From Lama guanicoe (Eukaryota), in contig MU054323.1 of assembly GCA_013239625.1 (NCBI GenBank), positions 4,628,214 to 4,692,213 on the forward strand: 64,000 nucleotides of DNA, given 5' to 3'. Shown here one piece after another: positions 53,792 through 64,000 of the stretch. The number at the start of each line of letters is the position of its first letter. Position 1 is the first letter of the stretch. Under the pieces are notes generated by a model. The model was given only the letters and a program-made list of their open reading frames with translations, searched no databases and was not told where the DNA came from. A program made the translations under genes and the position numbers.

Positions 53792-54533
53792 CTGGGATGT
53801 GGGCCAGACCCCCGAAGGCTGAGACTTCTGCTGATGCCTCCTCTTCCTTGCTGGGCTGCCAGAACTAGAGGAAACACGTTCTGTTTTTCCCTTCAGAGTG
53901 AAGTTACACCATGAGCCTGAAACTTTTCGCCGTCTTAGGCCTTTAGTGCTGGGTAGCTGCGCTTTCACTGGAGCTGGTTGATGTGCCTGCAAAATCCTCT
54001 TTCTTCTCGGTTCTTGCAAAGTGTAACTCCTTCTCCCTTGTGGTCCTACTTTTGCCAGAAGAATGAACAAGCACCGCTTTGAACTTTTGACTTGGTACTT
54101 TCAGTGCATTTGAATCCATTCCATGCAGAGAAAATGGCCTTTGCCATCACTCACCTGCCCCTACCCATCAACTAACTGGTATGATGTAAGCTTCCCCTGC
54201 ACGGCACTCTGGCGTACACTTGGCCTAGCCAGGGCAGGCTGTCAGGTGGTGTTTAGACTTCCTTATTGAACCCTAGGTATAGCATCGCAACTGCCCGGCC
54301 CCCCAAGGAGTTCTACTGGACAATTCTGGTCCACTGGGCCTTCTTAGTACCAGAAAGCTCTGTCCATTTTTGAAACCTGCTTTTTTGAAATGGTTAAGTG
54401 CTGGGCATTTAAAAGCCTTTGTTTTGCTTTTTCTTGGAGTACAAAGAAGGAATGCACTATTCCTCAGCGCAGCCTTTGCAAACAATCAGCATTATGCTGC
54501 AAACAGCCTTCAGGGGTCTGGCCCGCATCCCAG
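53792..54533. repeat. Long-range inverted repeat (30-nt arms, 28/30 complementary, 682-nt spacer)
   Basis: ctgggatgtgggccagacccccgaaggctg (53792-53821) versus cagccttcaggggtctggcccgcatcccag (54504-54533). Confidence 0.95.
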
Positions 54534-55359
54534 GGGCAGGGGCATGGCCAGGAGGGGAAGGAAGAGAACTCTGCGTTCTGAAGCTGCACACGTGGAGGAT
54601 GGAAGCCCAATGCAGAAGGGTCCTGCTGCTGAGTTCCTACGTGTGACTGCCACATCATCTTTTCTGCTTTTGTAAGAGGGAGGGCAGGCATTTGCTTTCT
54701 GATTTTACAGGTTGTAACACTGAGGTTAGAGAGATAGGTGTTGCTCCTGAGCCCTCTGGGTGACTCCCTTTAGGTTGGCTTGTAAATGACTGTGAAAATG
54801 TGTCTGTCTTTTGTGGTCTCAATTCCTCCCAGCAGCTCTGCATCCAGTCACCTGATGAGTTACACATGATGGCTTATAATCAACACCCACTTCCATTTTT
54901 CCCCATCCACCAATAAGTTCCTGGGGTCATTATGCAATTTAGAAGAGCAAACCCTAAGAGCTTGGACATCTAGTGGTACCAGTAGAGTTAACGGAATATA
55001 ATTTAGCATCCTCAACAGCTAGATTTAAAGATGGATTCTGTTTTGGTTAAGCTATTTGTTGGAAGAATACTTCCAGGATACTATTTGTATGTTTTTTGTC
55101 TTTGGATATTTTCTTAGTTTTTTTACTCTTTTCTCAAATAGTAGCCCTTCTTCCTTGTAAATCCTCAAAAAATTTCTGCTTCCTTAGTGAATAATTACAT
55201 GAAAAAGATCTAGGGCTCTCATATTAGTGATTAACTGGGAAAGAAGTCAAAAAGGAGCAAAAGGTGTCATTATTTGTACTGTCAACCTAGTTTCTTTCAG
55301 GAAATGTGCAAAGATGGAGCTGAGATGAAAATATCATTTTGATTATGGAAAATGCATTC

Positions 55360-55505
55360 AGCTTATCTGAGCCTCAGTTTTCTCATCTGCAAATTGGGAC
55401 TGATGCTATTTACCTTAGAGAACAGATGTGAGAATTAAATGAGATAATATATACATGTAGAACCTTCCAAAGCTCTTGCCACATACTCATATTTCATTAA
55501 ATGTC
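55360..55505 (+). mobile_element. MIR SINE
   Basis: tctgagcctcagttttctcatctgcaaattggga...gtgagaattaaatgagataatatatacatgta. Confidence 0.85.
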
Positions 55506-56419
55506 AACACCCATCACCTTAGTTCCCACCGATGACCAATCAACAAGTGAACAATTCTTTGCGGAACCAAGAACCAGTGATCTAGGTGGTTAGAGAAAAG
55601 GGTACATGAACCTCAACTTTGAAGACTTTTCAGTATGTTTAGAGACAACATAAGCAAAAACACAGAAAAACAAAAATTTGTGGGTCAGTTTCTGCCCCAT
55701 AGTTCTCAGTATTTCAGTGAAATATTCACTTCCACCTCTCATTTCCAATGGGCTGTATCTTTTTGCACAATCATAGTTCCCACTGGTGTGACGAAAGGGC
55801 CGACCTGTGGACAATGTCACTTTTCTCAGTGATAGCTGCATTGACCAAGCTCCCGCACATCTTTCTGTGGTTAAGTTCAGCACATCGTGGTCACCTAGCA
55901 TGAGGTCCACCGTATACTCTGTTAGTCTGTTCATTTTTCTTTTAGCATATGCTGTTTTCTTATTTTTTTTAGTGATTATAGAAAAGACAAAATATGACTC
56001 TGGGACAGTTCCAAGAGAAAATATTTGTTACTACAATATTTAATCTCTCAATTTCTCAACTAATGTTGACATTCCTAAGACTTCTTCAGGAACTTCCTCC
56101 CAAAGCAGACAGCTCCTCCCTATGAGACTCTCAATCTCTAGGTTTTAAACGGTTTTTCATGGTTTGGATGGCTCTCTACAATGACAACAAATCAGTTGTA
56201 TAGAATCCAGATTAATCACATATAAGTAAGTTTGAAGCAGTTAAATAATAAAGTTCTAGTAAGTCAACAATAAAAAGTGATGTTTTTCTTTTTTTTGCAT
56301 CGTTTTCATTTTTCCTTTTTTTTTTTTTGCTTATAGTATTTTTGCAAGACCACAGTTTTAGCAAATAGAGTATTCACTAGTGCAATACTCACAGAAAATA
56401 GCCATCTAAACAATGGAGA

Positions 56420-56548
56420 AGATACTACCTACTATTTATAAAATAGATAACAAGTTTCTACTGTATAGCATAGGGAACTATATTCAATATCCTGTAGCAA
56501 CCTATAATGAAGAGGAATATGAAAAGGAATATATGTATGTATATGCAT
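56420..56548 (+). mobile_element. Young L1 3'UTR fragment lacking its terminal part and poly(A)
   Basis: ataaaatagataacaagtttctactgtatagcatagggaactatattcaatatcctgtagcaacctataatgaa...gaaaaggaatatatgtatgtatatgcat. Confidence 0.85.
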
Positions 56549-56624
56549 ACATACTACTCATAGATATTCAGATGTGGAATATATGTATGTATATGCATAC
56601 AACTACTCATAGATATTCAGATGT
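56526..56624 (+). repeat. Tandem duplication of a 50-bp unit (50 + 49 bp)
   Basis: ggaatatatgtatgtatatgcataca(t)actactcatagatattcagatgt occurs twice in tandem, differing by one base. Confidence 0.95.
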
Positions 56625-56769
56625 GAGTTTTGGACAGGAAAGAGGGCATTAACAAAGTCTGTTTTCATTGCATCTCTAGCTCATTACAATGGAAAAGTAA
56701 AAATAGAATACAAATAATATCTACCCTTTTCTATTTTTATTGTTTGTTGAACTGTTCTGAGTGATTTAT

Positions 56770-56885
56770 ATTTATTAACTTCTAAAATTCTCTCTACTCT
56801 GAAGTATTCCATTTTACAAGTGAGGAAACCGAGGCACAGTGAGGTTAAGTAATTTGCTTAAGATTCTACAGCCTGCAGAGCTAGG
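56770..56885 (-). mobile_element. MIR core
   Basis: ccattttacaagtgaggaaaccgaggcacagtgaggttaagtaatttgc. Confidence 0.85.
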
Positions 56886-58918
56886 TTTTCATAACCGCCT
56901 CTGTGCAAGATAAGTAAAGTTTAAGTAAAATTATTTGGCCATATGCAAATATGAAAAATGAGTATCATTCCTTGGTAGTATATCAACTGAGAAGCAAGGA
57001 TGTGGGCTAGGACATGAGCTGTCTACCACGGTCCTGTACGGACCCACGTGTAATGCACAGTTAGCATGCCAAACATGACCAGCTCAAGGTCACCAGAAGA
57101 AGACTGGATGCAGCCAGAAATACTCTCCTGCCATCATCGGGGCACTCAGTCTAATAAGGTCTCACCTCTGTGACAGGTTTTGCACTGGACTTCCCATTTT
57201 GCATCATGAACTTCTTAAGAGAGGGGGCCATGAGCTTCCTTCATGGAGTCTCCATAAGTAAATTATGAGCTCCCTTAGGTCAAAAGTTATGCCTTAGTCA
57301 TCTCTTTCCATTCCTTTCCTTTGAATCCAGGACTAGCAACATGCTCGAATGGCACAAATTAGGCGATTGGTCAGCAAATGGTAGGGGAAATGTTGAGTGA
57401 CTGTCATAGGCTCAAGATATCATAGAAAGTACTTCGCAAACATTTAATTTTCTGATAAATCAAGGAGCTTGGGAGGTGCACTTGGGGAAATAACAGTGGC
57501 TACCCTTCCCTAAGCTCTTCTTGCCGCTACCCTGACTCTCACTCCTGATTATGGTGAGCTTTGTGGCTGTGCAAATGGTCAGAGTATATAAATACTTAAA
57601 GGAAACATAGAGAAAAATAAGTTGTAAGGTGATCAATGGAGTAAATTATCTAATTAGATAATAATGAAGCATTATGTCAAAAGTACTTCGTTAAAAAAGA
57701 ACGAATACCTACAATTAAATTTTAAATTTGATTGAAGAATGTTGAGTTCATTACTGCTTGAGGAACTTGCAGGAACATTCCTTTCTCTTACTAATTCTCT
57801 TTTCTTGAAAGTGAGGCTTCATTTCACTTGTAGACATATATTTTTTTTCATTTTGATAAACATTTGTATTTTAAAACTATTCAACCAGAGACAGCTTCGG
57901 AACAGAAGTTACAGTGTTAGAAGGTAAAAGAATGGTTCATCCCTGTAAGAGGCAGTGCTGGAGGTAGGAGCTGGATGCCTCACTGAGATCAGCTCTGTTT
58001 GTCGTGATCTCCCTCTAGAATGGAATTACGGGAAGAAATGCCGACGACCACCCACCTGAGAGAGTAGAGATGCTTGAAGACAATTGAAGAATATGAAAAA
58101 AGTATAGTTCTTCTCTTTCATTGAAGACTCTTTTGTGTTAGTTATGTAAGTGTAGGTGAGGTGCTCTAAGTCGTTGACCCTTCTGGATCCTTCACTAGTT
58201 TTCAGGTTTCCCTGGAAACTGTGTAACTGTAGCCTAATGGGAATTGGTAAATAAGAAGTACCCATTGCATTTGCAGTTGCAGTAGGACGCCCACCCCCAC
58301 TGAGGAGTTAGGCACAGGGAAGGCAAGAGCTTTCCTCCCGAGTCTCCCTGAATTAGCTGGCCAATGTACCGCATCTCTGCTTCCCTCTGTGAATCCACAA
58401 CAACAGGGCCCGTGTGATTTCCTCTCCACTTCAAAGGGTGGTTCAGGTTGTCAAAAGGGCGAGGTTTAGGACTGTAGGGTATTGTCCAGGTATACGCCAT
58501 CAGATTCACAAGGCCTCACTCACAGTTACCTTCTCTTGGACACCAGGACACCAGCTAGCCTGACAGGATCCTTTTCAGAAGCTTAGGGCTTGAGACATGT
58601 GTTATGTTTTTCATAATTCCAATTGCCATCAAGAATTGTCGATGACTCAGAGAGAACATTGATTTTTCTGGCGGTGTTTACATGCATGCTTTCTGCAGCC
58701 ATTAGTGGTCCTCATAGAATTGATAGCTTTTTGAACCATGTCAATGAGATTATTGATTCTTGGAAGGGTCCTAATCTAGGAAAACTTTTTAAATGTTTGC
58801 TATTGGTTTTTATTAACATATAATGTAGCGACAGGATTGAAAAATTCAAGTATTGTGTGATTGCCTGGAAATCTCAAAGTAAAAATCAATGGAGCTAATC
58901 TATTTAATAAGTCATGAG

Positions 58919-58948
58919 ACACACACACACATACACACATACACACAC
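58919..58948. repeat. Imperfect (CA)n microsatellite
   Basis: acacacacacacatacacacatacacacac. Confidence 0.9.
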
Positions 58949-60924
58949 GAAGTGGGGGGAGGTCCGTTAAAATTCATTATCAAGAAGGCGATTTTTGCAT
59001 AAATGGGCTTTGTCGGGCCAGCCAGCTTTCCAGCCAATTCCCTGCCCTTATGTGCCCAGCTATCCCAGCCAGAATCTAACAGGCCAACCTCTCTGTGGCC
59101 CCTTTAGTGCCTCCTCACCCCCTCTTCTGGCTCTTATTTCCCTGCTTCGTCACGTATAAGTTTCCAGTCTCTTTTAACTCCTCATTCTGTGGCTTCTTCC
59201 GCTAATAATCCAGCAGACTGGAAAACACTACCAACCAGCTCTTTGGGATTCTCTGTGAAGTGTGCATCCTGCCACCAGGCAAGAAATAGGAGCTGCAGTA
59301 TCTTTTTGGACTCAGTCTCAGTAATGGCTTATGTCTCGGGCACTGGGCATGGAGAAGTCCCACACGATAATTTAAAAAACCAAGATAACTAACATTTAAA
59401 TGTCCAAAGTGATAGTGAATCAGACACGAGTTGCCATAGGACACAGCTTGCTTACCACAAAATTAACAATCAAAAGAATGACCCACCAGTACCTCACTCC
59501 CTCCAGCACACACTTTTAACGAGCAGGAACTTGTTCACCTCTTTTTCTTCAGATCCAGAGAGAGTGAACACAGCGTATCCTTCAATCGTCATCTCTTTTT
59601 TAAAAAATGCTGATATAGGCAAGAGAAATTAAATTGTAGCACGGACAATAATCTAGTCACAGTGAGGAAAATCTCTCAAGTAATAATTTTGGAATTCCTA
59701 CTAAGTTATCAAAAGAAGGAGAAAAATCCAATTCCATTTTTCTTTGCAAATCCATTTATCTCCAGTCCTTGTGGAAAACAATGAAATACACTATTAAGGC
59801 GGATAAGTCTGGGTGTCCCTTCGTGATAATAGAGACACGAGGGGAAATGAAACAGAGCAAGAAAATGGGATCGTTTTTATATCCAAATTTCAAAATGGGT
59901 GGCTAAAGGGTGACCAGTAGTTATAATGCTGATTTTCAGAAAAGCCTATTGAGGCAATCTCCCAAGTCTTAGGGAGTTAATCTGAGCTTTGGGCATCTTA
60001 TTAATAAGAGGATATCAAGGTATCCACCAAGCAGTGGCTCTCTCCATCAGGCAATGACTTTGGAAGCTTTATCTAACATATACACACATAAGGTGTATAT
60101 GCATTTGACAGTATTAGCAGTCTGGACAGAGATGATTAAAGACGACCTGCAGTCTGCAGGGTACGGAGGGGTTGGGATCTCTGCCAGGTGAGTGCAGAGG
60201 CAAATACAATGCTGCTCGCGTAGGAGACCATCTTACCTCTATGCTATTCACATACACACACACACATATGATGTATATCAATACAGTAAATCCTAGTCTA
60301 GGTGCAGAGTGGTAGAAGTGGGTCACTGAACTACACGTAAGATTGCCAACTAGGTTTTGTACATGGCGCATTTTTGTGCTCATCTGCTAAGCTCCCCACC
60401 CCCCTCTACAGAGCACAGAAAACCATGGAGGCGTATACGTCCCACCCTTGCTGCCATCTGTGGACATGTATTTCTCAGCCACAGAGTGGCTAAACAATCC
60501 TGATGGGCAGGGTGGAGGCTTGGTTGGGTGCGAGCAGGGTCGCTTGGACTGCTTACCAGGATGGTATGAGACCCTTGTGAATAATCTGATCCCTGGAAAA
60601 CACTCCACCGCTGCACTCTGGACCTTTCTTCCTCCTCCCTTGAAATGGCTGAAATCCAATCATCTAAATACATCTGCTTTGAGTGGTGCCTGGTGCAACC
60701 AGAGGAGCATGAAGGCATGTTCCTGACAAGCTGCCAGCATTACTCCACGAGAAAATTCTCTCATTCCGGAGGCAGCAGAGCCAGGGGAGTTCAGCCAGAG
60801 TGGTGACCTACAGCGTTCTTCATCTGCCACCAAACCATTAAGTAGAATTAATTTTGTAATAAAAATTATGATAAACATATTGTGAGGTGATTCACACGAT
60901 GTTCCTTGCCTCTCCGTTTTCACA

Positions 60925-61045
60925 TCTAATTCTCACAACACTCTTAAAATATAGGTATAGTTTTACTCATTTTGCAGATGAAGAGACCAAAATCCAGAGT
61001 TTACTATGGGATGGCAGAGCCAAAAATGGGACTCAGATATCTTAA
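60925..61045 (-). mobile_element. MIR fragment
   Basis: aattctcacaacactct...cattttgcagatgaagagacc...atggcagagcca. Confidence 0.7.
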
Positions 61046-61559
61046 TTTAATTTTATTTTCAGTAATACTAGAAATGTTGATCAGGAGACCTACATTCTAG
61101 TCCTGGATCTGATTCCAGATCACAGCTTGGCTTGGGACCAACCACTTGCCCATTCTTTGATTCTTCCCATATTTCACAAAAATAGGATGAAACAGATAAG
61201 CACTACATTTTTTTTTCCCTCCCAAATTTCCATTTGGGAGCATCTATACTTCCAAGAAACTGAAATCTAAGCATTCACATTCTGATTTCTCTTAAGGCCA
61301 TGGAGATTCTCTAATATAAATCAAAGACTTCAAATAAGAAGATGAAGCTCCTATGGGAGGACCTGGGATGCTGTCAGTTAATCAAGGATTAATTGATGAC
61401 TATCAGTTTTTAAACCAGCTTTGGAAATTTGGAAATAATATGACCACATTACTTGGGGTAGGCAATAAACAATGTAAACATTTCATTTATTAATTATTTA
61501 CAAGAGAATCAGATACGAATGTAAGATGCCCCCAGTGAGTGAAGCTAACCAGTTAAAAT

Positions 61560-61900
61560 CAATGTAATACAACTTGTAGAACAGGAAGATATACATGGGA
61601 TTTCTATGGAGGGATTTGCCAGAAATTTTACAGAAGAGTTCATGTCTGAATTAGACAAAATGATCAGGAGTGATTTCCAAATAGATATAGGTGTGGACCT
61701 ACGGACCTCCAGGCAGAGGAAATAGCATGTGTAAATTCATGGAAAATATGTGTGACCATAGGTTAGAACACAGATTTAGAAAATCCCAAAAGATGATGCT
61801 AGAAAAGTGCGTTAGGACTTGGCTGTAAGATACTTTTTTTTTGGTATGCCAGTGTGTGTAGCTGGCAATAGAGACCTTGCAGAGTTTAAAAGAGCACACC
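61560..61900 (-). mobile_element. L2 fragment
   Basis: ttttacagaagag...ccaggcagaggaaatagcatgtgtaaattcatgga. Confidence 0.55.
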
Positions 61901-63354
61901 ATCTTAATTTAAAACAACAACAAAAAACGAAAACAACTTTTCATAGATGTTTATCAATGTGAAGTCTGAAGTCTAGGTCACGCTATCTTCTCAAAGCAGG
62001 GGAAGATGATGCACTGCCAATCGTCCCAACGAGCCAGCTCTGGATAATCACGGAGTCCCAGGATTCACATGTATGATCTTAAGCCCAACTGCTGATTTGC
62101 CTTCAATGGTTATTTTGTCAATAAGGGAACAACGCAAATGTAGCCAAGGAAAGGAGAAAAGAATCCCTAACACACTTAATGGGAGAGACTATTAGGAAAT
62201 AAACCCTGAGGAAATTCAGAAAATGAATCTGAATGTATTTAAGGGCCTTCAGGGAGAAGAGATGATCAAAGACTTACTTTTAAGGACCAACTGTCAATTT
62301 GTAATATTCTTTTAAAAACTGACAAAAACAAAGCGACGACACAAATAGACTAGAAATGATTTGAAGACATAACGCTTTTTTTTTTTTTAAATCTGAGCTT
62401 TAAAGGCTTTTAGGAATCTTTTTTAAGAAGACTGAAGTCCTCACACAGAGAACAGGTAGCCTCTGGAAGGGCCAATTCTAAGTAGAATGCAGCCGAGTCA
62501 TTTTCCAGGGAAAGAAACTGGTTCCCTCGCAGAGTCAAGCACCCTCTGTTTGGTCATCCCTTAGAACATAAGCCTTATAAGCAGCTCCAGAACTTTCTTC
62601 GGACTCTGGCCATCAAGCTTCTGCTAAATGAGTCTACCTACTCCCTCTCAGTCTCCAAAAAGGTGATTAAATGAGTCATAACTTCAGAAAGAAAAGGGTG
62701 CTAATGTTTCAGCTCAAGGTCACAAGTGTGCATACAGATTATGGGGGGAAAACACATTATTCCATTGATTTCCTACATCCTTCCTTTGGACCAGCAATTT
62801 AAACAAGAATATTCAATCGTCCTGGAAGGTCTTGCTCTTGGAAGACGCCTAGATACCAGGCAAGCCACGAATGCTGCAGAGACAGCAAGCAGGCAAGACG
62901 ACAAAGTGGGAGATGCCGGAGAGCTGGGGCTCTTGCAGATTTCAGTATTATCACATGGTGCGCCCCGCGCTGAGTGAGAAAAACAGAAATGACTACCGAC
63001 CCAGTGTGCCCTCTGTAGCTGCAGCCTAGCCCCTTGCCAGTCCTTTCCATGCGAATCTCTTGACAGGTTTCACACTCTCTGTTCAGTTTCTGCCCCTTCC
63101 GTTCACCACTCAGTGCACTTTGCTAGAAGTGCTCCCATCTGGCTACCAATGACCTTCATATGGTCAAGCCAATGACCTTTGCAATGTTTTTGTCTTACTC
63201 AACCTTTTTTGTCAATTACTATTACCCTCTTGTCCTATTGTTTCATGATAACAATAATCATAGAGTAACAGCTAACCTTATAGAGCGTTAAATGTTTGCC
63301 AGACACTGTGCTAAACATGCATCAACACCCCCCACCTTTTTTATCCTGAAATGC

Positions 63355-63770
63355 AAGTGTGGCATATTCCCTGGAGAACAGACTAGGGTGCATGTTGTAT
63401 AGCGGAAGCTGAGTGAGAGCCACCAGGGACCGCTGATCCTGGATGCCCTGGTGAAGATGCCAAACCCCATCTGCTGGCGGTGCTGGGACTCCGATCTTAC
63501 TCTCTGGCCGGATGGCTTCGGGAAGCGGCCAGAGCCCCCAGATCAAGACCTCAGAGAAGCAGGGACTAACTCACCAGGCAATAACAGATCCTGGCGTGCT
63601 GCGACATGACCGTGACCTGAGGTTTATTCAGTAGCTGCCTGTCTCCCTGGTCCGTGCTGCCTCTCTCCCTGATAACCTTTGCTCCCAACTCTGTGTGGCC
63701 ACATGGAGGACAGGTCTCTTCTGTGTGGGCAGCTAAGAGAGTAAGACCACAAGCCACCGCGTTACACGCA
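63355..63770. mobile_element. Probable old ERVL-type LTR fragment
   Basis: GC-richer block bounded by TG...CA (tgtggcatat...gcgttacac) with LTR16-like phrasing; family not pinned down. Confidence 0.3.
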
Positions 63771-64000
63771 ACCTCAGTTCCAGTCTAGGGAGCACGGCCA
63801 TGCAGATAACCCAGGGTGATACAACAAGGCCCAAAGAAAACAGAAACAGAGCACGTCAGTGGTGCTGATGGGCCGCCGACAGAAGGGAAGGTAATGACTG
63901 ATCAGCGCGAATGTCAAAGGGGGATATCCTTTGGTCTGACACAGACGCCCAGCCAGCGCGCTGAACCTCTGAGGTCCTGCATCAACCCACTTCGTGCCCC

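Noticed and set aside
56526..56624. Direct repeat as a CRISPR-like array
   Set aside because: Two adjacent copies with no spacer, in eukaryotic L1-derived sequence.
57060..57080. p53/p63-like double CATG
   Set aside because: Cores are 5 nt apart rather than the canonical 6.
63725..63757. CGLTLLAAH peptide resembling the trypsin His motif
   Set aside because: Spacing is wrong, the Cys after His is missing, and it lies in a probable LTR.
1..64000. Known miRNA, tRNA, snRNA or tRNA-derived young SINEs
   Set aside because: I looked by eye for common mature miRNA sequences and Pol III A/B-box heads and found none; an Infernal/Rfam scan would be needed to exclude them.

Overview
Mammalian (eutherian) non-coding DNA, AT-leaning and dense in ancient interspersed repeats: MIR, L2, L3/CR1, old L1M, MLT1/ERVL LTRs, and hAT and Tigger MERs. 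It also holds three young LINE-1 pieces whose 3' UTRs match my recollection of camelid (alpaca/camel) L1. I saw no Alu, Bov-tA, PRE-1 or Can-SINE, so a camelid origin is plausible but unverified. An N gap runs from 29855 to 30628, inside a 5'-truncated L1 that has a clean 16-bp target-site duplication. No protein-coding gene, tRNA, rRNA, known miRNA or CRISPR array is recognisable; the only recognisable protein sequence is an L1 ORF2 fragment. The most interesting unexplained structures are: (1) a 28/30-nt long-range inverted repeat (53792-53821 / 54504-54533) with further co-linear complementarity, enclosing a strong 3' splice site; (2) a CpG-rich island-like region at ~22.7-24.2 kb with a well-formed minus-strand exon, a G4 motif and an NFAT palindrome; (3) an L2 segment with 16 CpGs, four CACGTG boxes and a full CRE; (4) a minus-strand terminal-exon candidate encoding a GPI-signal-like peptide; (5) a tailless L1 fragment with a 50-bp junction duplication. 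Repeat family names come from recalled consensus sequences, and boundaries of old repeats are approximate.
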